Notes: a model not told the origin generated them from the sequence alone. Counted from the first letter of the stretch, positions 1-13,788 are shown. The stretch is 64,000 nt of DNA from Microcoleus sp. (GCA_042408215.1 JAYFMW010000006.1:32001-96000); one strand, 5' to 3'. Numbers and translations are program-made.

Positions 1-1854
1 TTTCCCAATACTGCAATAGCAGACTTAGGAATATCCAGTGGCTTATCAGCGTTGGATAGTTTAGTTGCAAAGTCGATCGGCTCACCCAGCATCCTCAATG
101 CAGAAAGAACCGCTAGCGAAATTAAATTCCAAAACAATGACAGCCTACTCACAGGCGACGGTAGTGGCATAATTTTTGCAGACACAGGTAAAGACATTAT
201 TAATGCCGGAGAAAAAGCAACCGCCATCTTCGCTAGCGAAGGTAATAAAAACATTACCGGCAGCCCCGGCGATGATACCATCAATGCCCAAGCAGGCAAC
301 GACATCATCAATGCCTCAGAAGGCAACAACCGCGTCTTCGCAGGCAAAGGCAACAACCGCGTGGTTACAGGGAGTGGCAACGATTTCGTCACCGCAGGTA
401 GTGGCGACGACCAAATCTACACCGGTGCCGGCGATGACAACATCAACGCAGGCGACGGCGATAACCTGATCAAACCAGGCACTGGCAACGATACAGTTTC
501 CCTCGGTAATGGTAGCGATCAAATCGCTCTGGAAGCAGGTGCTGGTTCCGTGACCATATCTGGATTCAATGCAGCGGCAGATAAACTGCGCTTAGGTGGC
601 AGTCTTGTCGGTAAACCCCTCTCCTTTGTGACCGAAGTGGGCAACACCCTGATCAAAGCCGGAGATGACTTGTTGGCAACCATCAAAGACGTAGCTACAG
701 GAGTGCAAAAAGCTGTTCTTTCCAACGAAATACCCATGTACCGATACCAGGCTATTGACCTTGGTTCGATCGCTCCCACAGGCAATGACACGCGAGCTAA
801 TGCCATTAACGATCGGGGACAGATAGCTGGTCGTTCCCAAACCACCGAAGTGCTTGGCACGGGGTTCCGCAACCAAGGGTTTATTTGGGATAACGGGGTG
901 TTCAAGCCGCTGACTAGCACCGGCATCAAAAATGGTGGCGGTGAGAATACCGGAAAAGAGGTTACTCAGCGTGGTGGTGGTGGGTTTACCGCAGCCATCA
1001 ACGATTTAGGCGCGATCGCCGGTACAAGCGATGAAATTGCCGGTCAAGCCACAGACCGCGGCTTACTGTGGCAAAAAACTGGCGACGACTACAGCCTACA
1101 AATCACCGACTTGCCCGGTGTTGAAACCTATTTCTTCGACATTAACAACCAAAACCAAATGGCCGGCCGCCACATCTACAAGCCGTCCAGCGGCACAATC
1201 CCCGCTCGCACCCGCCCGTTTTCTGTAGACCGGGGTTTCATCAATCCACTGCCGGATTTGGGTGGCGACACCGGTATCGCAAATGGAATTAACAACAAAA
1301 GTGTCATAGTCGGACAAATTGACAGTGACGGACTCAACGACAAGACCGTCAACACTGCGGCGTTGTGGGAAAAAGGCGCAGATGGTAAATACGAACTCAC
1401 CAACCTCGGCACCTTTGGGGCAGAAGGAGCCATTGCCCGCGACATCAACGATAGCGGTCAAATCATCGGTCAGACTAGCAGTGGCACCGGTGCTACAGCT
1501 ACAAGTTCGCCATTCCTGTTCCAGAACGGTCAAAAAACTAACCTCGGCAGTCTTGGCGGTGCAACGGGTTCCACCACTGGCATTAACCAATTCGGTCAAG
1601 TAGTCGGCGTCTCCCAGAATGGGGTCGGTCAAAACCGCGCCTTTGTCTGGAACAACGGTGTAATCAAAGACTTGAACGGTCTGACACTAACGAGTCCGAC
1701 CTTTGGCGGCTCGAATGTGACATTAACTAACGCGACTGGCATCAATAATTTCGGTGATATTTCTGCCTACGGGAGTTATACCTACAAAGATGCCAAGGGT
1801 GCGACCTTAACGGGAACCCGCGCTTATCTGCTGAAGGCGATTCCGACAACTTAA
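1..1854 (+). CDS. Secreted RTX/hemolysin-type Ca-binding repeat protein with C-terminal HAF (DUF3466-like) extracellular repeats; probably 5'-truncated by window edge
   Basis: GxGNDxI nonapeptide repeats, then 'DLGSL...ANAINDRGQI.G' HAF repeats; frame is open from base 1. Confidence 0.8.
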   Translation, partial: FPNTAIADLGISSGLSALDSLVAKSIGSPSILNAERTASEIKFQNNDSLLTGDGSGIIFADTGKDIINAGEKATAIFASEGNKNITGSPGDDTINAQAGNDIINASEGNNRVFAGKGNNRVVTGSGNDFVTAGSGDDQIYTGAGDDNINAGDGDNLIKPGTGNDTVSLGNGSDQIALEAGAGSVTISGFNAAADKLRLGGSLVGKPLSFVTEVGNTLIKAGDDLLATIKDVATGVQKAVLSNEIPMYRYQAIDLGSIAPTGNDTRANAINDRGQIAGRSQTTEVLGTGFRNQGFIWDNGVFKPLTSTGIKNGGGENTGKEVTQRGGGGFTAAINDLGAIAGTSDEIAGQATDRGLLWQKTGDDYSLQITDLPGVETYFFDINNQNQMAGRHIYKPSSGTIPARTRPFSVDRGFINPLPDLGGDTGIANGINNKSVIVGQIDSDGLNDKTVNTAALWEKGADGKYELTNLGTFGAEGAIARDINDSGQIIGQTSSGTGATATSSPFLFQNGQKTNLGSLGGATGSTTGINQFGQVVGVSQNGVGQNRAFVWNNGVIKDLNGLTLTSPTFGGSNVTLTNATGINNFGDISAYGSYTYKDAKGATLTGTRAYLLKAIPTT

Positions 1855-1916
1855 CCATAACTGGTTCCCAGGCAGAGCCTGGGAACCGAGATCCAGAGGC
1901 TCTGCCTCACTTTTAT

Positions 1917-3364
1917 AAGAAATACCCTGAAAACCCTGCGACTTTAGTCCAGGGATGAAAGGGCTTGGGAGACTTTAGTCTCCCATTTAGATATTTCTAA
2001 ATATAGTACAATTAATCAAAGGAGGTAAAACGGATGTATGCAGTGCAAAAAGACGTTTGGCATTTAACGGGACTCAATAAAACTATTGTTGAGCAAATCC
2101 TCAGATGGTCAAACAATCTGTTTAATGTCGGCACTTATGAAAGTCGGCAACGATACTTCAAGGACAAAGGCGCGATTAAATACCCAGACTTGTACAAAAT
2201 TGCCAAGACCAATGAGAATTACGGGTGGCTCTACTCGCAGGTAGCTCAACAATCCCTTAAATCTGTCGCTGAATCCTTTAGCTCTTTCCGAGCCTTAGAG
2301 AAGTTAGCCAAAAAAGGAGAACTTAATCAAAAACCGAGATTGCCCAAGTACAGAACCAAGGGAGCGATGTACCAAGTCTCCTATCCGGGACAAGCCTTAA
2401 AAATAGTCGGCAATCGGGTAAGACTACCTTTAGGAACCAAAGGAAAAGAACACTTTGGGACGGATGCCCTTTGGGTGACTTTACCGGAACGGCTGAAAGA
2501 TTGCCCAATTAAAGAACTTCGACTAATCCCTAGAAATGGCGAGGTTTGGGTTGAATTTGTCCACGAAAGTCTAACTGAGCAAGCCCCTAGTTGTAGTCTG
2601 GAAGTAACAGGGGTTTTGGGAATAGATCACGGTATCAACAACTGGTTAACCTGTGTTTCGAGTAATGGCAAGCCATTCATCATTGATGGTCAAAAGCTGA
2701 AGTCTTGGAACCAGTGGTTTAACAAAGAAAAAGCGCGAGTCCAATCGACTCACGCTCAACATAAGTTACCTAAAGGTTTCTCGTCAAAAAGGCTGCAACA
2801 GTTGTCAGAAAATCGCGCTAGAAGGATGAGAGATGCGGTTAACAAGGCAGTCAGAACCATGATAGAATATTGCGAAAATCACCAAGTCAATGTGATAGTT
2901 TGTGGCTGGAATAAAGGACAAAAAAAAGAAGTGAATATGGGAGGTAAAACCAATCAGAACTTTGTTCAGATACCCACAGCCAAAGTCAAAGATAGACTAC
3001 AACAAGAGTGCGACTTAAGGGGTTGGAGATTTGTAGAGCAAGATGAATCTTACACATCAAAATCCAGTTTCTTAGAGCGAGACTTTCTGCCAGTGAAAGT
3101 CGGTGAAAAACCCGACAATTGGCAACCATCAGGTAAAAGAATTAAACGAGGTTTGTATCGTTCGGCTCAGGGATTAACCCTGAATGCTGATGTGAACGGT
3201 GCGGCAAATATCATCCGAAAATCAATCATTTGCCACAGACTTAATAATCTCGCTGTGTGGGTAGCGGGTTGCTGACTAACCCTTTAAGAATTAAACTTTG
3301 GGCGGATTTATCCCCCAAAGTTTGTCCTTAAGAATCCCCGCGTCTTTAGACCGGGGAGTGTCAA
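1917..3364 (+). mobile_element. IS200/IS605-family (IS1341-type, tnpB-only) element, copy A
   Basis: Preceded by TTAT; left-end hairpin CCCTGCGACTTTAGTCCAGGG; right-end hairpin CCCCGCGTCTTTAGACCGGGG ending in TCAA; ends shared with 7709, 49109 and 53053 copies. Confidence 0.9.
2034..3275 (+). CDS. tnpB: RNA-guided endonuclease TnpB
   Basis: RuvC motifs GIDHG, EQDESYTS, NADVNG; N-terminal SQVAQQ..K wedge-type motif. Confidence 0.92.
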   Translation: MYAVQKDVWHLTGLNKTIVEQILRWSNNLFNVGTYESRQRYFKDKGAIKYPDLYKIAKTNENYGWLYSQVAQQSLKSVAESFSSFRALEKLAKKGELNQKPRLPKYRTKGAMYQVSYPGQALKIVGNRVRLPLGTKGKEHFGTDALWVTLPERLKDCPIKELRLIPRNGEVWVEFVHESLTEQAPSCSLEVTGVLGIDHGINNWLTCVSSNGKPFIIDGQKLKSWNQWFNKEKARVQSTHAQHKLPKGFSSKRLQQLSENRARRMRDAVNKAVRTMIEYCENHQVNVIVCGWNKGQKKEVNMGGKTNQNFVQIPTAKVKDRLQQECDLRGWRFVEQDESYTSKSSFLERDFLPVKVGEKPDNWQPSGKRIKRGLYRSAQGLTLNADVNGAANIIRKSIICHRLNNLAVWVAGC

Positions 3365-3499
3365 TTCTGTGTTTGAGAGGAGGCTCTGCCTCCGCATCTG
3401 CATCCCCAGCCGTGTAGGGTGCGTCGCCATCTATAATCTGCAAGTTTTATCCAAGATCTCGTAGCGACGCACCCTACCAAACACCTGCTGTATTTCATG

Positions 3500-3710
3500 A
3501 ACCTGGAATCGACTTTACCCATGAACCGTTCCCCGACAAATTTTTGCACGAGGTTCCGTCCTTAGCTTTTGGCAATGTAAAAGTTAAAATTACAGGCGAT
3601 CGAATCGGCAATGGCGATCGCGATTAAACCCTGGGTGAGCCCAAACAATCCACCTGCTAGAATTGCATAAGCAGTACCCGGTATGGCAGGAATCACAATA
3701 CTTACCAATA
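3500..3710 (-). pseudogene. Fragment of TVP38/TMEM64 (DedA-like) membrane protein gene
   Basis: Manual translation SIVIPAIPGTAYAILAGGLFGLTQG...FYIAKS*GRNLVQKFVGE with internal stop and no full ORF. Confidence 0.55.
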
Positions 3711-3930
3711 AAATCCTTCCATTTCATCCAATTGATAAAAATTCCGGGGTAAATTTTTAATATTCATCGATCGAGTATGATTCTGAAGATTTTAGATTTT
3801 GGATTAAAGAATTGAAAAATTCACCCCACGGATGAATCCGGGGGCTTATTAATAACCATTTGTTTTCGGTCAATTCTTGTCTGTAGGTGAAGCAACCTGA
3901 TGTTAATGTAGACATAAGAAGTTTGAAATG

Positions 3931-4521
3931 TCACAGACGCGAAGTTAAAACAATGTATTGAGGGCGAGTGCGATCGATAATTCCCTCTTCCTCCAACCGA
4001 CACATCAGCCTCGTTACCGTAATCCGCGTAATTCCCATCGCCTCAGAAATCTCCTGGTGAGTCAATCTCAGATCGATCAACAGTCCTTGTGCCACCTCGC
4101 GGCCAAATTTTTGTCCCAACCAAGCTAATAGTTGCACCAATCTATCCCGCAGAGATTCGCTGCGAACAATGCAGAAAAATGCTTGAGTTTCCTGAATGTG
4201 TCTGAAAATGTCATCTAAGGATTGATAGCACAAATTTTGAGGAATATAACTAACTTCTACATGAGTTTTGCACTCAATTTGATAAGGTTGAACACCTGAC
4301 AACGACTGACTGAGTACGTCCCCAATTCCCCAATATCCCAGCGTCATTGCTGTTCCCTGTTCGCTCCAAGTCACGGATCGGACGACCCCCCGTTCAATTC
4401 GCAGTAAGCCGTTAAAGGGCATGGTCACTAACTGACGGCAGGTGAAAGTCTGCTGTCTCAAATTGGGGTACAAGGCTGGAGTGTAGGTTGAAAAAGCCAT
4501 AGTATTTAGGTTGAGCGCCAC
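3931..4521 (-). CDS. Crp/Fnr-family transcriptional regulator (CysR/PtrA-like)
   Basis: IERGVVRSVTW...TLGYWG N-domain and C-terminal HTH LTHQEISEAMGITRITVTRLM. Confidence 0.85.
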   Translation of the reverse strand: MALNLNTMAFSTYTPALYPNLRQQTFTCRQLVTMPFNGLLRIERGVVRSVTWSEQGTAMTLGYWGIGDVLSQSLSGVQPYQIECKTHVEVSYIPQNLCYQSLDDIFRHIQETQAFFCIVRSESLRDRLVQLLAWLGQKFGREVAQGLLIDLRLTHQEISEAMGITRITVTRLMCRLEEEGIIDRTRPQYIVLTSRL

Positions 4522-4547
4522 CGCTACTTTGGATGATGATGTACAGT

Positions 4548-4582
4548 TTAAGCTAGTTGATAATTTATGTCAACTAGCTTAA
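4548..4582. promoter_or_regulatory. Perfect 13-bp-arm inverted repeat upstream of crp (operator or terminator)
   Basis: TTAAGCTAGTTGA-N9-TCAACTAGCTTAA; imperfect copy at about 16517-16549. Confidence 0.45.
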
Positions 4583-4599
4583 GAATAAATTCCAATTCG

Positions 4600-4735
4600 G
4601 GACTGCTGAGGTTAAAATTCTTTGCCTGTAATGTCAGAGAGGTTTCGGAACTTCACAATATCTGTGTCTGGGCTGTAGAGACTTATTGACAATACTTAGC
4701 TGTAATTGACACTCAAATGCAGTCGCCCGATCGCC
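4600..4735 (-). pseudogene. Decayed 3' remnant of the metallophosphoesterase gene at 16570-17301
   Basis: Nucleotide similarity to 16565-16812 (gtttcggaacttcac, gctgtaattga.actcaaatgc, cccgatcgcc) with an internal deletion. Confidence 0.7.
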
Positions 4736-4779
4736 TCTCTCCCGCCCTCCCCCACTACTGCGCCTTTGCGGTTTCTTCA

Positions 4780-5748
4780 TCAAGGCTTAAAAGGAGTATA
4801 TTTACCACCTAAACCTTCTACAATAGTTCGGGTATTAGCAACCAACATTTTCTGATAAGTATCAGCCTCACTTCCCGGTTCTCCCAAACCATCGGCAAAT
4901 AATTCTCGCGGCGAAATTTTCACCTTAGCTTCCCTTGCCACGGCCTCAATTAATTTAGGATTAATCGTAGATTCGGCAAAAATTGTCGGCACTCCAGAAG
5001 CCTTAATTTCTCTAACTAATTGAGCCACCCGCGTTGGTGTTGGCGCTTCATCGGTACTAATACCTTCTAATGCTCCTACTACTGGAATTCCGTAAGCTTT
5101 AGAGTAGTAACCTAAAGCATCATGAGTCGTGACAAGCTTGCGATTATTGGCAGGAATTGTGGTAATTTCTGATTTAATCCATGTATCTAGTTTTGTCAAA
5201 CTTGAGGTCATTTCTTGAGTTTTTGCATTATAAACAGGTGCTTGGTTTGGCAAAACTTTACCGAGTTGAGTGTTAATAACTTTTGCCATAGCCATGCCAT
5301 TTTTAGCATCGTGCCAAATGTGCGGATCTGGAACTTTTTTGCCGTCTTCTTCAATCTCTAGTGCTTTGGGTACTGCTGCTTCACCGACAGCAATTTTCGC
5401 TGATTTATTGGAACTGGCTTTAATTAATCGAATTAAACTTGGTTCAAAATCATAGCCGCTGTATAAAATCAATTTTGCTTGCTCAATTGCTTTGCGATCG
5501 TCTGGTTTTGGGGTGTAAACGTGGGGGTCTGAACCTGCATCTACCAAGCATTTGAGGTCAATCGTATTGCCAGCTATTTCCTTTGCTAAACCGCAAATAA
5601 CTGTAGACGTTGCTACGACTTGCGGACGACTTTGGGCGACAATCTGATTTGTATTTGTCTGTGAAAAAGTTGACCCCGCGCTACTCGATCCAGCAGCCAT
5701 CATCAAGCTAAACACAGCAAGGCTTTTGAGGTTGAATTTTTGTAACAT
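4780..5748 (-). CDS. znuA: Zn/Mn ABC transporter substrate-binding protein (ZnuA/TroA-like)
   Basis: DPHVY, DPHIWH, TTHDALGY, ADGLG motifs; signal peptide; start taken at MLQKF; Zur-type box upstream. Confidence 0.82.
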   Translation of the reverse strand: MLQKFNLKSLAVFSLMMAAGSSSAGSTFSQTNTNQIVAQSRPQVVATSTVICGLAKEIAGNTIDLKCLVDAGSDPHVYTPKPDDRKAIEQAKLILYSGYDFEPSLIRLIKASSNKSAKIAVGEAAVPKALEIEEDGKKVPDPHIWHDAKNGMAMAKVINTQLGKVLPNQAPVYNAKTQEMTSSLTKLDTWIKSEITTIPANNRKLVTTHDALGYYSKAYGIPVVGALEGISTDEAPTPTRVAQLVREIKASGVPTIFAESTINPKLIEAVAREAKVKISPRELFADGLGEPGSEADTYQKMLVANTRTIVEGLGGKYTPFKP

Positions 5749-5770
5749 TTTCTGTTTCTCCTTTGTGTTA

Positions 5771-5791
5771 TGATAATGATAATCGTTATTT
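5771..5791. promoter_or_regulatory. Zur/Fur-type box between divergent znuA and znuC
   Basis: TGATAATGATAATCGTTATTT; resembles cyanobacterial Zur consensus TGATAATnATTATCA. Confidence 0.75.
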
Positions 5792-5804
5792 TTCAAGATT
5801 TACT

Positions 5805-6533
5805 ATGTTAGAGGTTCGACATCTCGCTGTCAACTACCGAGGCGTTACCGCTGTTGAGGATGTCAGCTTCAGCTTGGAACCTGGGCAAATCGTGGGGGTA
5901 ATAGGGCCTAACGGCGCGGGGAAAAGTACGATGGTGAAGGCGATTTTAGGGCTAATTCCGACGGAAAATGGGGTTGTGAGATATCGCGATCGCGCACTTT
6001 CTAAGCAGCTAGGACAGGTGGCTTATGTGCCCCAGCGATCGCAGATAGACTGGGATTATCCGATTTCTGTTCAAAATGTAGTAATGATGGCCCGGACTCG
6101 CCATAGGAGTTGGTGGCGATCGCCTTCACGTCAATCCAGAGAAATTGTCAAAGCCGCCTTAGAAAGAGTCGGAATTTGGGAATTAAGAAACCGCCAAATT
6201 GGGGAGTTGTCAGGGGGACAACAACAGCGAGTATTTTTAGCTCAATCATTAGCGCAAGAAGCTGAGTTATTTTTCTTTGATGAGCCTTTTTCGGGAGTTG
6301 ACAAAAAGACAGAAGCTATACTATTTGAAGTTTTTGACGAACTGAAAGCTGAAGGTAAAATCTTGCTAGTAATTGGTCATGAATTGGGAGAAGCTTCGAG
6401 GAAGTACGACCGATTTTTATTGATAAATAAACAACTAATTGCTGATGGAAACAAGTCAGAAGTAATTACCGCTGACAATATTCAGCGGGCCTATGGCGAT
6501 TGTGTAATATTGGTGCAACGGGAGATTGACTAA
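5805..6533 (+). CDS. znuC: Metal ABC transporter ATP-binding protein
   Basis: GPNGAGKS, YVPQ, LSGGQQQR, FDEP; start taken at MLEVR. Confidence 0.85.
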   Translation: MLEVRHLAVNYRGVTAVEDVSFSLEPGQIVGVIGPNGAGKSTMVKAILGLIPTENGVVRYRDRALSKQLGQVAYVPQRSQIDWDYPISVQNVVMMARTRHRSWWRSPSRQSREIVKAALERVGIWELRNRQIGELSGGQQQRVFLAQSLAQEAELFFFDEPFSGVDKKTEAILFEVFDELKAEGKILLVIGHELGEASRKYDRFLLINKQLIADGNKSEVITADNIQRAYGDCVILVQREID

Positions 6534-7414
6534 TGTTAAATTTACTCAGAGAACCCCTAGAATTTGAGTTCATGCGGAATGCGATCGCGATCGCTGTCAT
6601 GCTCGGTATTCTCTGTTCCGTAGTTGGCTCTTATTTGATCGTGCAACGCATGGGATTATTGGGAGACGTGATTGCTCATGCAGTATTGCCGGGATTGGCG
6701 ATCGCCTTTTATGTAGGCATTGATATTTTTATAGGAGCATTTATTTCCGGGACATTCAGCACCTTAATCATTGCTTGGATTCAATCACAGTCCCGCGTCA
6801 AAGTCGATGTCGCAATGGCGCTAGTTTTCTCAGGCTTTTTAGCATTAGGAATCATGCTAATTACCCTACTAAAAAGCAAACTTGATTTAAATCATTTCTT
6901 GTTTGGAGATATCTTAGGAGTGACAGTTGATGATGTGTGGCGAACTTTAGGAATTTCCATATTTGTCCTAATTTTTGTCAAAATATTTTATAAAGAACTG
7001 CTATTTTACACATTTAATCCCCTCGGCGCACAAGCAATAGGATTGCCAGTAAATTTAATTCACGTCGGGTTAATTTCAGCAATCACCCTGACGATTATTG
7101 CCAGTATGCAAGCAGTAGGCGTTTTGCTAGTGGTTTCGCTGCTGATTGGGCCGAGTATCACTGCCTATTTATTAGTTAAAGAATTGCACCAAATGATGGG
7201 CTTGGGAGCAATTGTGGGTATGATTAGCAGTGTGTCTGGGATGTATATCAGTTATTACTTAAATGTGCCTTCTGGTGCAGCAATTGTGTTAGTTGTGACT
7301 GGGTTATTTGTAGTAGCATTACTCTTTAGTCCGTCTCAGGGAATTTTGACTCGGCCGTCCATGTCGAGTCGTAGAAGTACGATTTTGCAGCAGTTGAAGC
7401 AACTGGGGCGCTAA
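6533..7414 (+). CDS. znuB: Metal ABC transporter permease
   Basis: GDVIAHAVLPG, HFLFGDILG; TAATG stop/start overlap with znuC. Confidence 0.85.
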   Translation: MLNLLREPLEFEFMRNAIAIAVMLGILCSVVGSYLIVQRMGLLGDVIAHAVLPGLAIAFYVGIDIFIGAFISGTFSTLIIAWIQSQSRVKVDVAMALVFSGFLALGIMLITLLKSKLDLNHFLFGDILGVTVDDVWRTLGISIFVLIFVKIFYKELLFYTFNPLGAQAIGLPVNLIHVGLISAITLTIIASMQAVGVLLVVSLLIGPSITAYLLVKELHQMMGLGAIVGMISSVSGMYISYYLNVPSGAAIVLVVTGLFVVALLFSPSQGILTRPSMSSRRSTILQQLKQLGR

Positions 7415-7708
7415 GATTATAGTCTTGGATGCACGGGGAGGGCTGTTTAATTCTCAAGTAAATCATCGTTTTGTAGGGGCGGTGCCCCCGTGCCCGCCCT
7501 CCGCGATTTTGTAGGTGTTTCAGAGATTGGGGCAGCCACGGGGGGCGGCCCCTACAAAAGAATGAAACAGTCTTGGATGCACGGGGGCTTAGAAACCGGG
7601 TTTTTTACGAAAATACTGGTTGTAACTCGCAGATTCGGTAAAAAACCCGGTTTCTCTGTCGGAGTGCGGCGAAAACTGAACTATCCGCCCTTAAAAAAAT
7701 TCCCTTAT

Positions 7709-10503
<2,795 letters not shown>

Positions 10504-10620
10504 TGTGGTATTATAAAACTTTATTAAGTTTGTAAGCAGTAGTAAGCAATGGTAGTATCATATAGTCAGAATAGTCAACAAGCGAGAATTATAGCGAGCG
10601 TTAAAAAATGGAGATGCTGA

Positions 10621-11943
10621 ATGCAACTAGCAGAGAGACACATCATTAAATCCACAGAACATCGTTTTGTTGAAATAGACGGATTAGCCTTTAAATCCAA
10701 AAATCTCTACAATGCCGCTAACTACGTGATTCGTCAGAGTTTTGTCTATGGATGGGGTTATATAAATTACAACAAAATGAATCGTTTGATGAAATCTCAT
10801 CCAGCATACAAGGAATTACCAGCCAAGGTAAGTCAACAAATATTAATGATATTAGACAAGAATTGGAAGTCTTTTTTTGAAGCAGTCAAGGCTTACAAAA
10901 TAGACTCCACTAGATTCACAGGCCGCCCGAAGTTACCGAAGTATAAAGATAAAGTCAAGGGTCGGAATATTCTCGTCTATACAATTCAGGCGATTAGTAG
11001 CAAGGAACTAAAGAAAGGAATTATCAAGCTGTCGGGTACTAATATTTTAATTAAAACCCAAATCAAACCAGAGCGAATTTGTCAAATTAGATTGGTGCCA
11101 AAATGCGATTCCTACATAATTGAGGTGATTTACAATGCCTGTACTGAGCCGGAGTCCACCCTTGAGCTTGATGAAAACCCCAAAGCATTAGTAGCTAGTA
11201 TCGACTTAGGGCTGAATAATTTAGTGGCGTTAACTTCAAATCAGCCGGGATTTGTCCCTTTACTGATTAACGGGCGACCACTGAAATCGATTAATCAATT
11301 CTACAACAAGCGTAAGGCACGACTACAATCTCAGTTAAAAGGTCTGCGTAAAACTTCATCACGGATTCAGCGTTTAACCCGTTGCCGCCATCAAAAAGTC
11401 GATAATTACTTGCACTCTGCTAGTCGGTATATCATCAATGTTCTCGGCTCACAAAATATCGGGACGCTAGTAATTGGCAAAAATGCACAATGGAAAAACG
11501 AGCTTGATTTAGGAAGAAAAACTAATCAAAACTTTGTAAGCATTCCTCATGCTCGACTAATTGAAATGTTGAAGTACAAAGCTGAATTGATGGGAATAAA
11601 GGTAATAGAACAAGAAGAATCCTATACTTCCCAATCGAACTTCCTGAATTTAGATCCAATTCCTGTGTACGGGAATATTGGAACCTTCGATGTCACATTT
11701 AGTGGTCAGCGAATTAAGAGAGGATTGTATAGAACATCATCGGGTCGATTGATTAACGCTGATGTTAACGGGTCTTATAATATTTTGAGAAAAGCAATCC
11801 CAAATGCGTTCAGCAATGGGATAGGGAGCTGTGTAGTTCAGCCGAGGCGGGTCAATCCGCTCGAAGTAAAAGCGAAGGGGGAGGGACTCCATGCCTCCCA
11901 TGGCACTGTCATAAATGCCTATACTTTTACCAGCTATACATAA
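10621..11943 (+). CDS. tnpB: TnpB endonuclease of a second, divergent IS200/IS605 lineage (element ends not resolved)
   Basis: SIDLGLNN, EQEESYTS, NADVNG motifs. Confidence 0.9.
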   Translation: MQLAERHIIKSTEHRFVEIDGLAFKSKNLYNAANYVIRQSFVYGWGYINYNKMNRLMKSHPAYKELPAKVSQQILMILDKNWKSFFEAVKAYKIDSTRFTGRPKLPKYKDKVKGRNILVYTIQAISSKELKKGIIKLSGTNILIKTQIKPERICQIRLVPKCDSYIIEVIYNACTEPESTLELDENPKALVASIDLGLNNLVALTSNQPGFVPLLINGRPLKSINQFYNKRKARLQSQLKGLRKTSSRIQRLTRCRHQKVDNYLHSASRYIINVLGSQNIGTLVIGKNAQWKNELDLGRKTNQNFVSIPHARLIEMLKYKAELMGIKVIEQEESYTSQSNFLNLDPIPVYGNIGTFDVTFSGQRIKRGLYRTSSGRLINADVNGSYNILRKAIPNAFSNGIGSCVVQPRRVNPLEVKAKGEGLHASHGTVINAYTFTSYT

Positions 11944-12098
11944 TCTGATGGCAAGTAAGGTGCGTCGCCCTGAGTCAATCTGCAAGTTATATCCAAGATA
12001 TCGTAGCGACGCACCCTACATATCAACTCAAGAAAGAGAATTTATCCGTGGAATCAATCCAAAATCCAAAATCTAAAATCTCAAATCGAATGACAGAA

Positions 12099-13329
12099 TC
12101 AACCAGCAATTTTAGCAGATGAAACCCTAGCCCTAGACTTAATTAAAGCTGGCACAATGCGAGAACTTGCCATTCTTGCACCGGAAAGATTTCGACCTAC
12201 AGGCCCTACTTGCAAAGCGGCTAAACCACCCATAATAAATAACTCGCATCCGGGCCAACGCAAATACTTGTCCAAAACAGGCAATCCTTTAACTATTTTA
12301 GTTGGATAAGCTGCTAAGACTTCTGTCAGCAATGGTTCGGCTGTTACATCTAATTTTGTTCCCGTTGCTAACCAAATTCTATCAACGAGATAGCTGATTT
12401 CCATCCTGACAGTAAACAGTCCATTGATTGTCATCCCATTTAACTTCAACAATTTGGCATTTTGGATGAAATTCGATTCTCAAATCCCGCGACATTCGAC
12501 GTAATTGTATCATTATTTCAGGAGTCATAGAGCCACCATTGCGAGCTTGTTGAATCATCTCCCATTTTTTTTCCCAGTCGGGTTCATTTTCAAAACCTTT
12601 GAGATATTTTGGCCCTAACCAACCCGGTTCGGCATCAAATAATTTTTCTTGCAACTGTCGTCTTGACATTAATATTACTTGGGCACCCCGCCCGATCGCA
12701 CCTACTGCTAAATGTCCGCTAGTTAAACCGCCCCCAACGATTAAAATCCTTTCCCCCTGCAACTTTAATCCCCGCAAATCAACTTGATGGGAATGGCAAA
12801 GTTTGTCTGGCGGATAGGGCGTTTGAATTTGATTTGTCCACTCCGGTAGTTGGGGCTTACCGCCGCCTGTGGCGATCGCCACACGACGCGCGATCGCACT
12901 TTCTCCATCCTCAAACCAAAGCCGAAAACTTCCTTGCAATGGTTCAATCCGAGTTATTTTTGCCTTGATGACGCGATCGCCCAATTCCCATCTCTTAACC
13001 ACATCGCCACAAAATTCCTCAAACAGCCCACTTCCCGGCAAATCGTAGGGCGCAAACAACTCGTTAGGGCGAGATTCGGCAAACCGTCGCAACTCAAAAG
13101 GATTGGGATCGGGATGGTGAACCGCAGGCGATCGCAAGTGTGGAATTTCCAAAGCCGCAAACTGCCTCTCCCACTGAGTTAGCCAGCCACCACTGGGGTC
13201 AAAAACCCAAAATTTGCCCCGCTTCTTCTGGCATTTTTGCAGCAAATGAGTAACCAGAGTTAAAGCGTGAGGCCCCGCCCCGACTACCGCTAAATCGATT
13301 TGCGATGGCGTAACACTGGTGATTTCCAT
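12099..13329 (-). pseudogene. FAD/NAD(P)-binding oxidoreductase split by a frameshift near 12385
   Basis: VVGAGPH and IVGGGLTSG Rossmann motifs in 12382-13329; C-terminus VDRIWLATG...GPVGRNLSG continues in another frame. Confidence 0.8.
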
Positions 13330-13351
13330 AGAAAATTCTAGTCGATCGTAA

Positions 13352-13370
13352 CAATAATGATTATCATTAT
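13352..13370. promoter_or_regulatory. Zur/Fur-type box upstream of the FAD oxidoreductase
   Basis: CAATAATGATTATCATTAT. Confidence 0.75.
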
Positions 13371-13434
13371 AGTGCGATTCGATCGCGATCGCCTACAGTT
13401 CTCAGCTCTTCAATACGCTGCTAAAAGCAGTCAG

Positions 13435-13788
13435 CTAGAGCATGAAGATCGGCAGGGAAACGGAATTGAAAAAACAACTCCTCACGCCTGTGTGACAAGC
13501 TATTTCACCAATCTGTTCTATTTTGAGCAGAATAGTATCGGCGTCGCAATCGTAAAATATTTGTTTGACTTTTTGGATGTGCCCGGATGTCGCGCCTTTG
13601 TGCCAAAATTCAGAGCGCGATCGGCTCCAATAGTGTGCTTCTCCTGTAGCTAGAGTCTGCTCGATCGACTCTTTGTTCATCCACGCCATCATTAAAATGG
13701 TACCATCTCGATCGTCCTGGGCGATCGCCGGAATCAAACCTCGATCGTTAAATTTTAAAGCTTCAATCCATAAATATTTTTGATCCAT
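13435..13788 (-). CDS. hisI: Phosphoribosyl-AMP cyclohydrolase
   Basis: [35 protein letters not shown]; start taken at MDQK. Confidence 0.93.
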   Translation of the reverse strand: MDQKYLWIEALKFNDRGLIPAIAQDDRDGTILMMAWMNKESIEQTLATGEAHYWSRSRSEFWHKGATSGHIQKVKQIFYDCDADTILLKIEQIGEIACHTGVRSCFFNSVSLPIFML

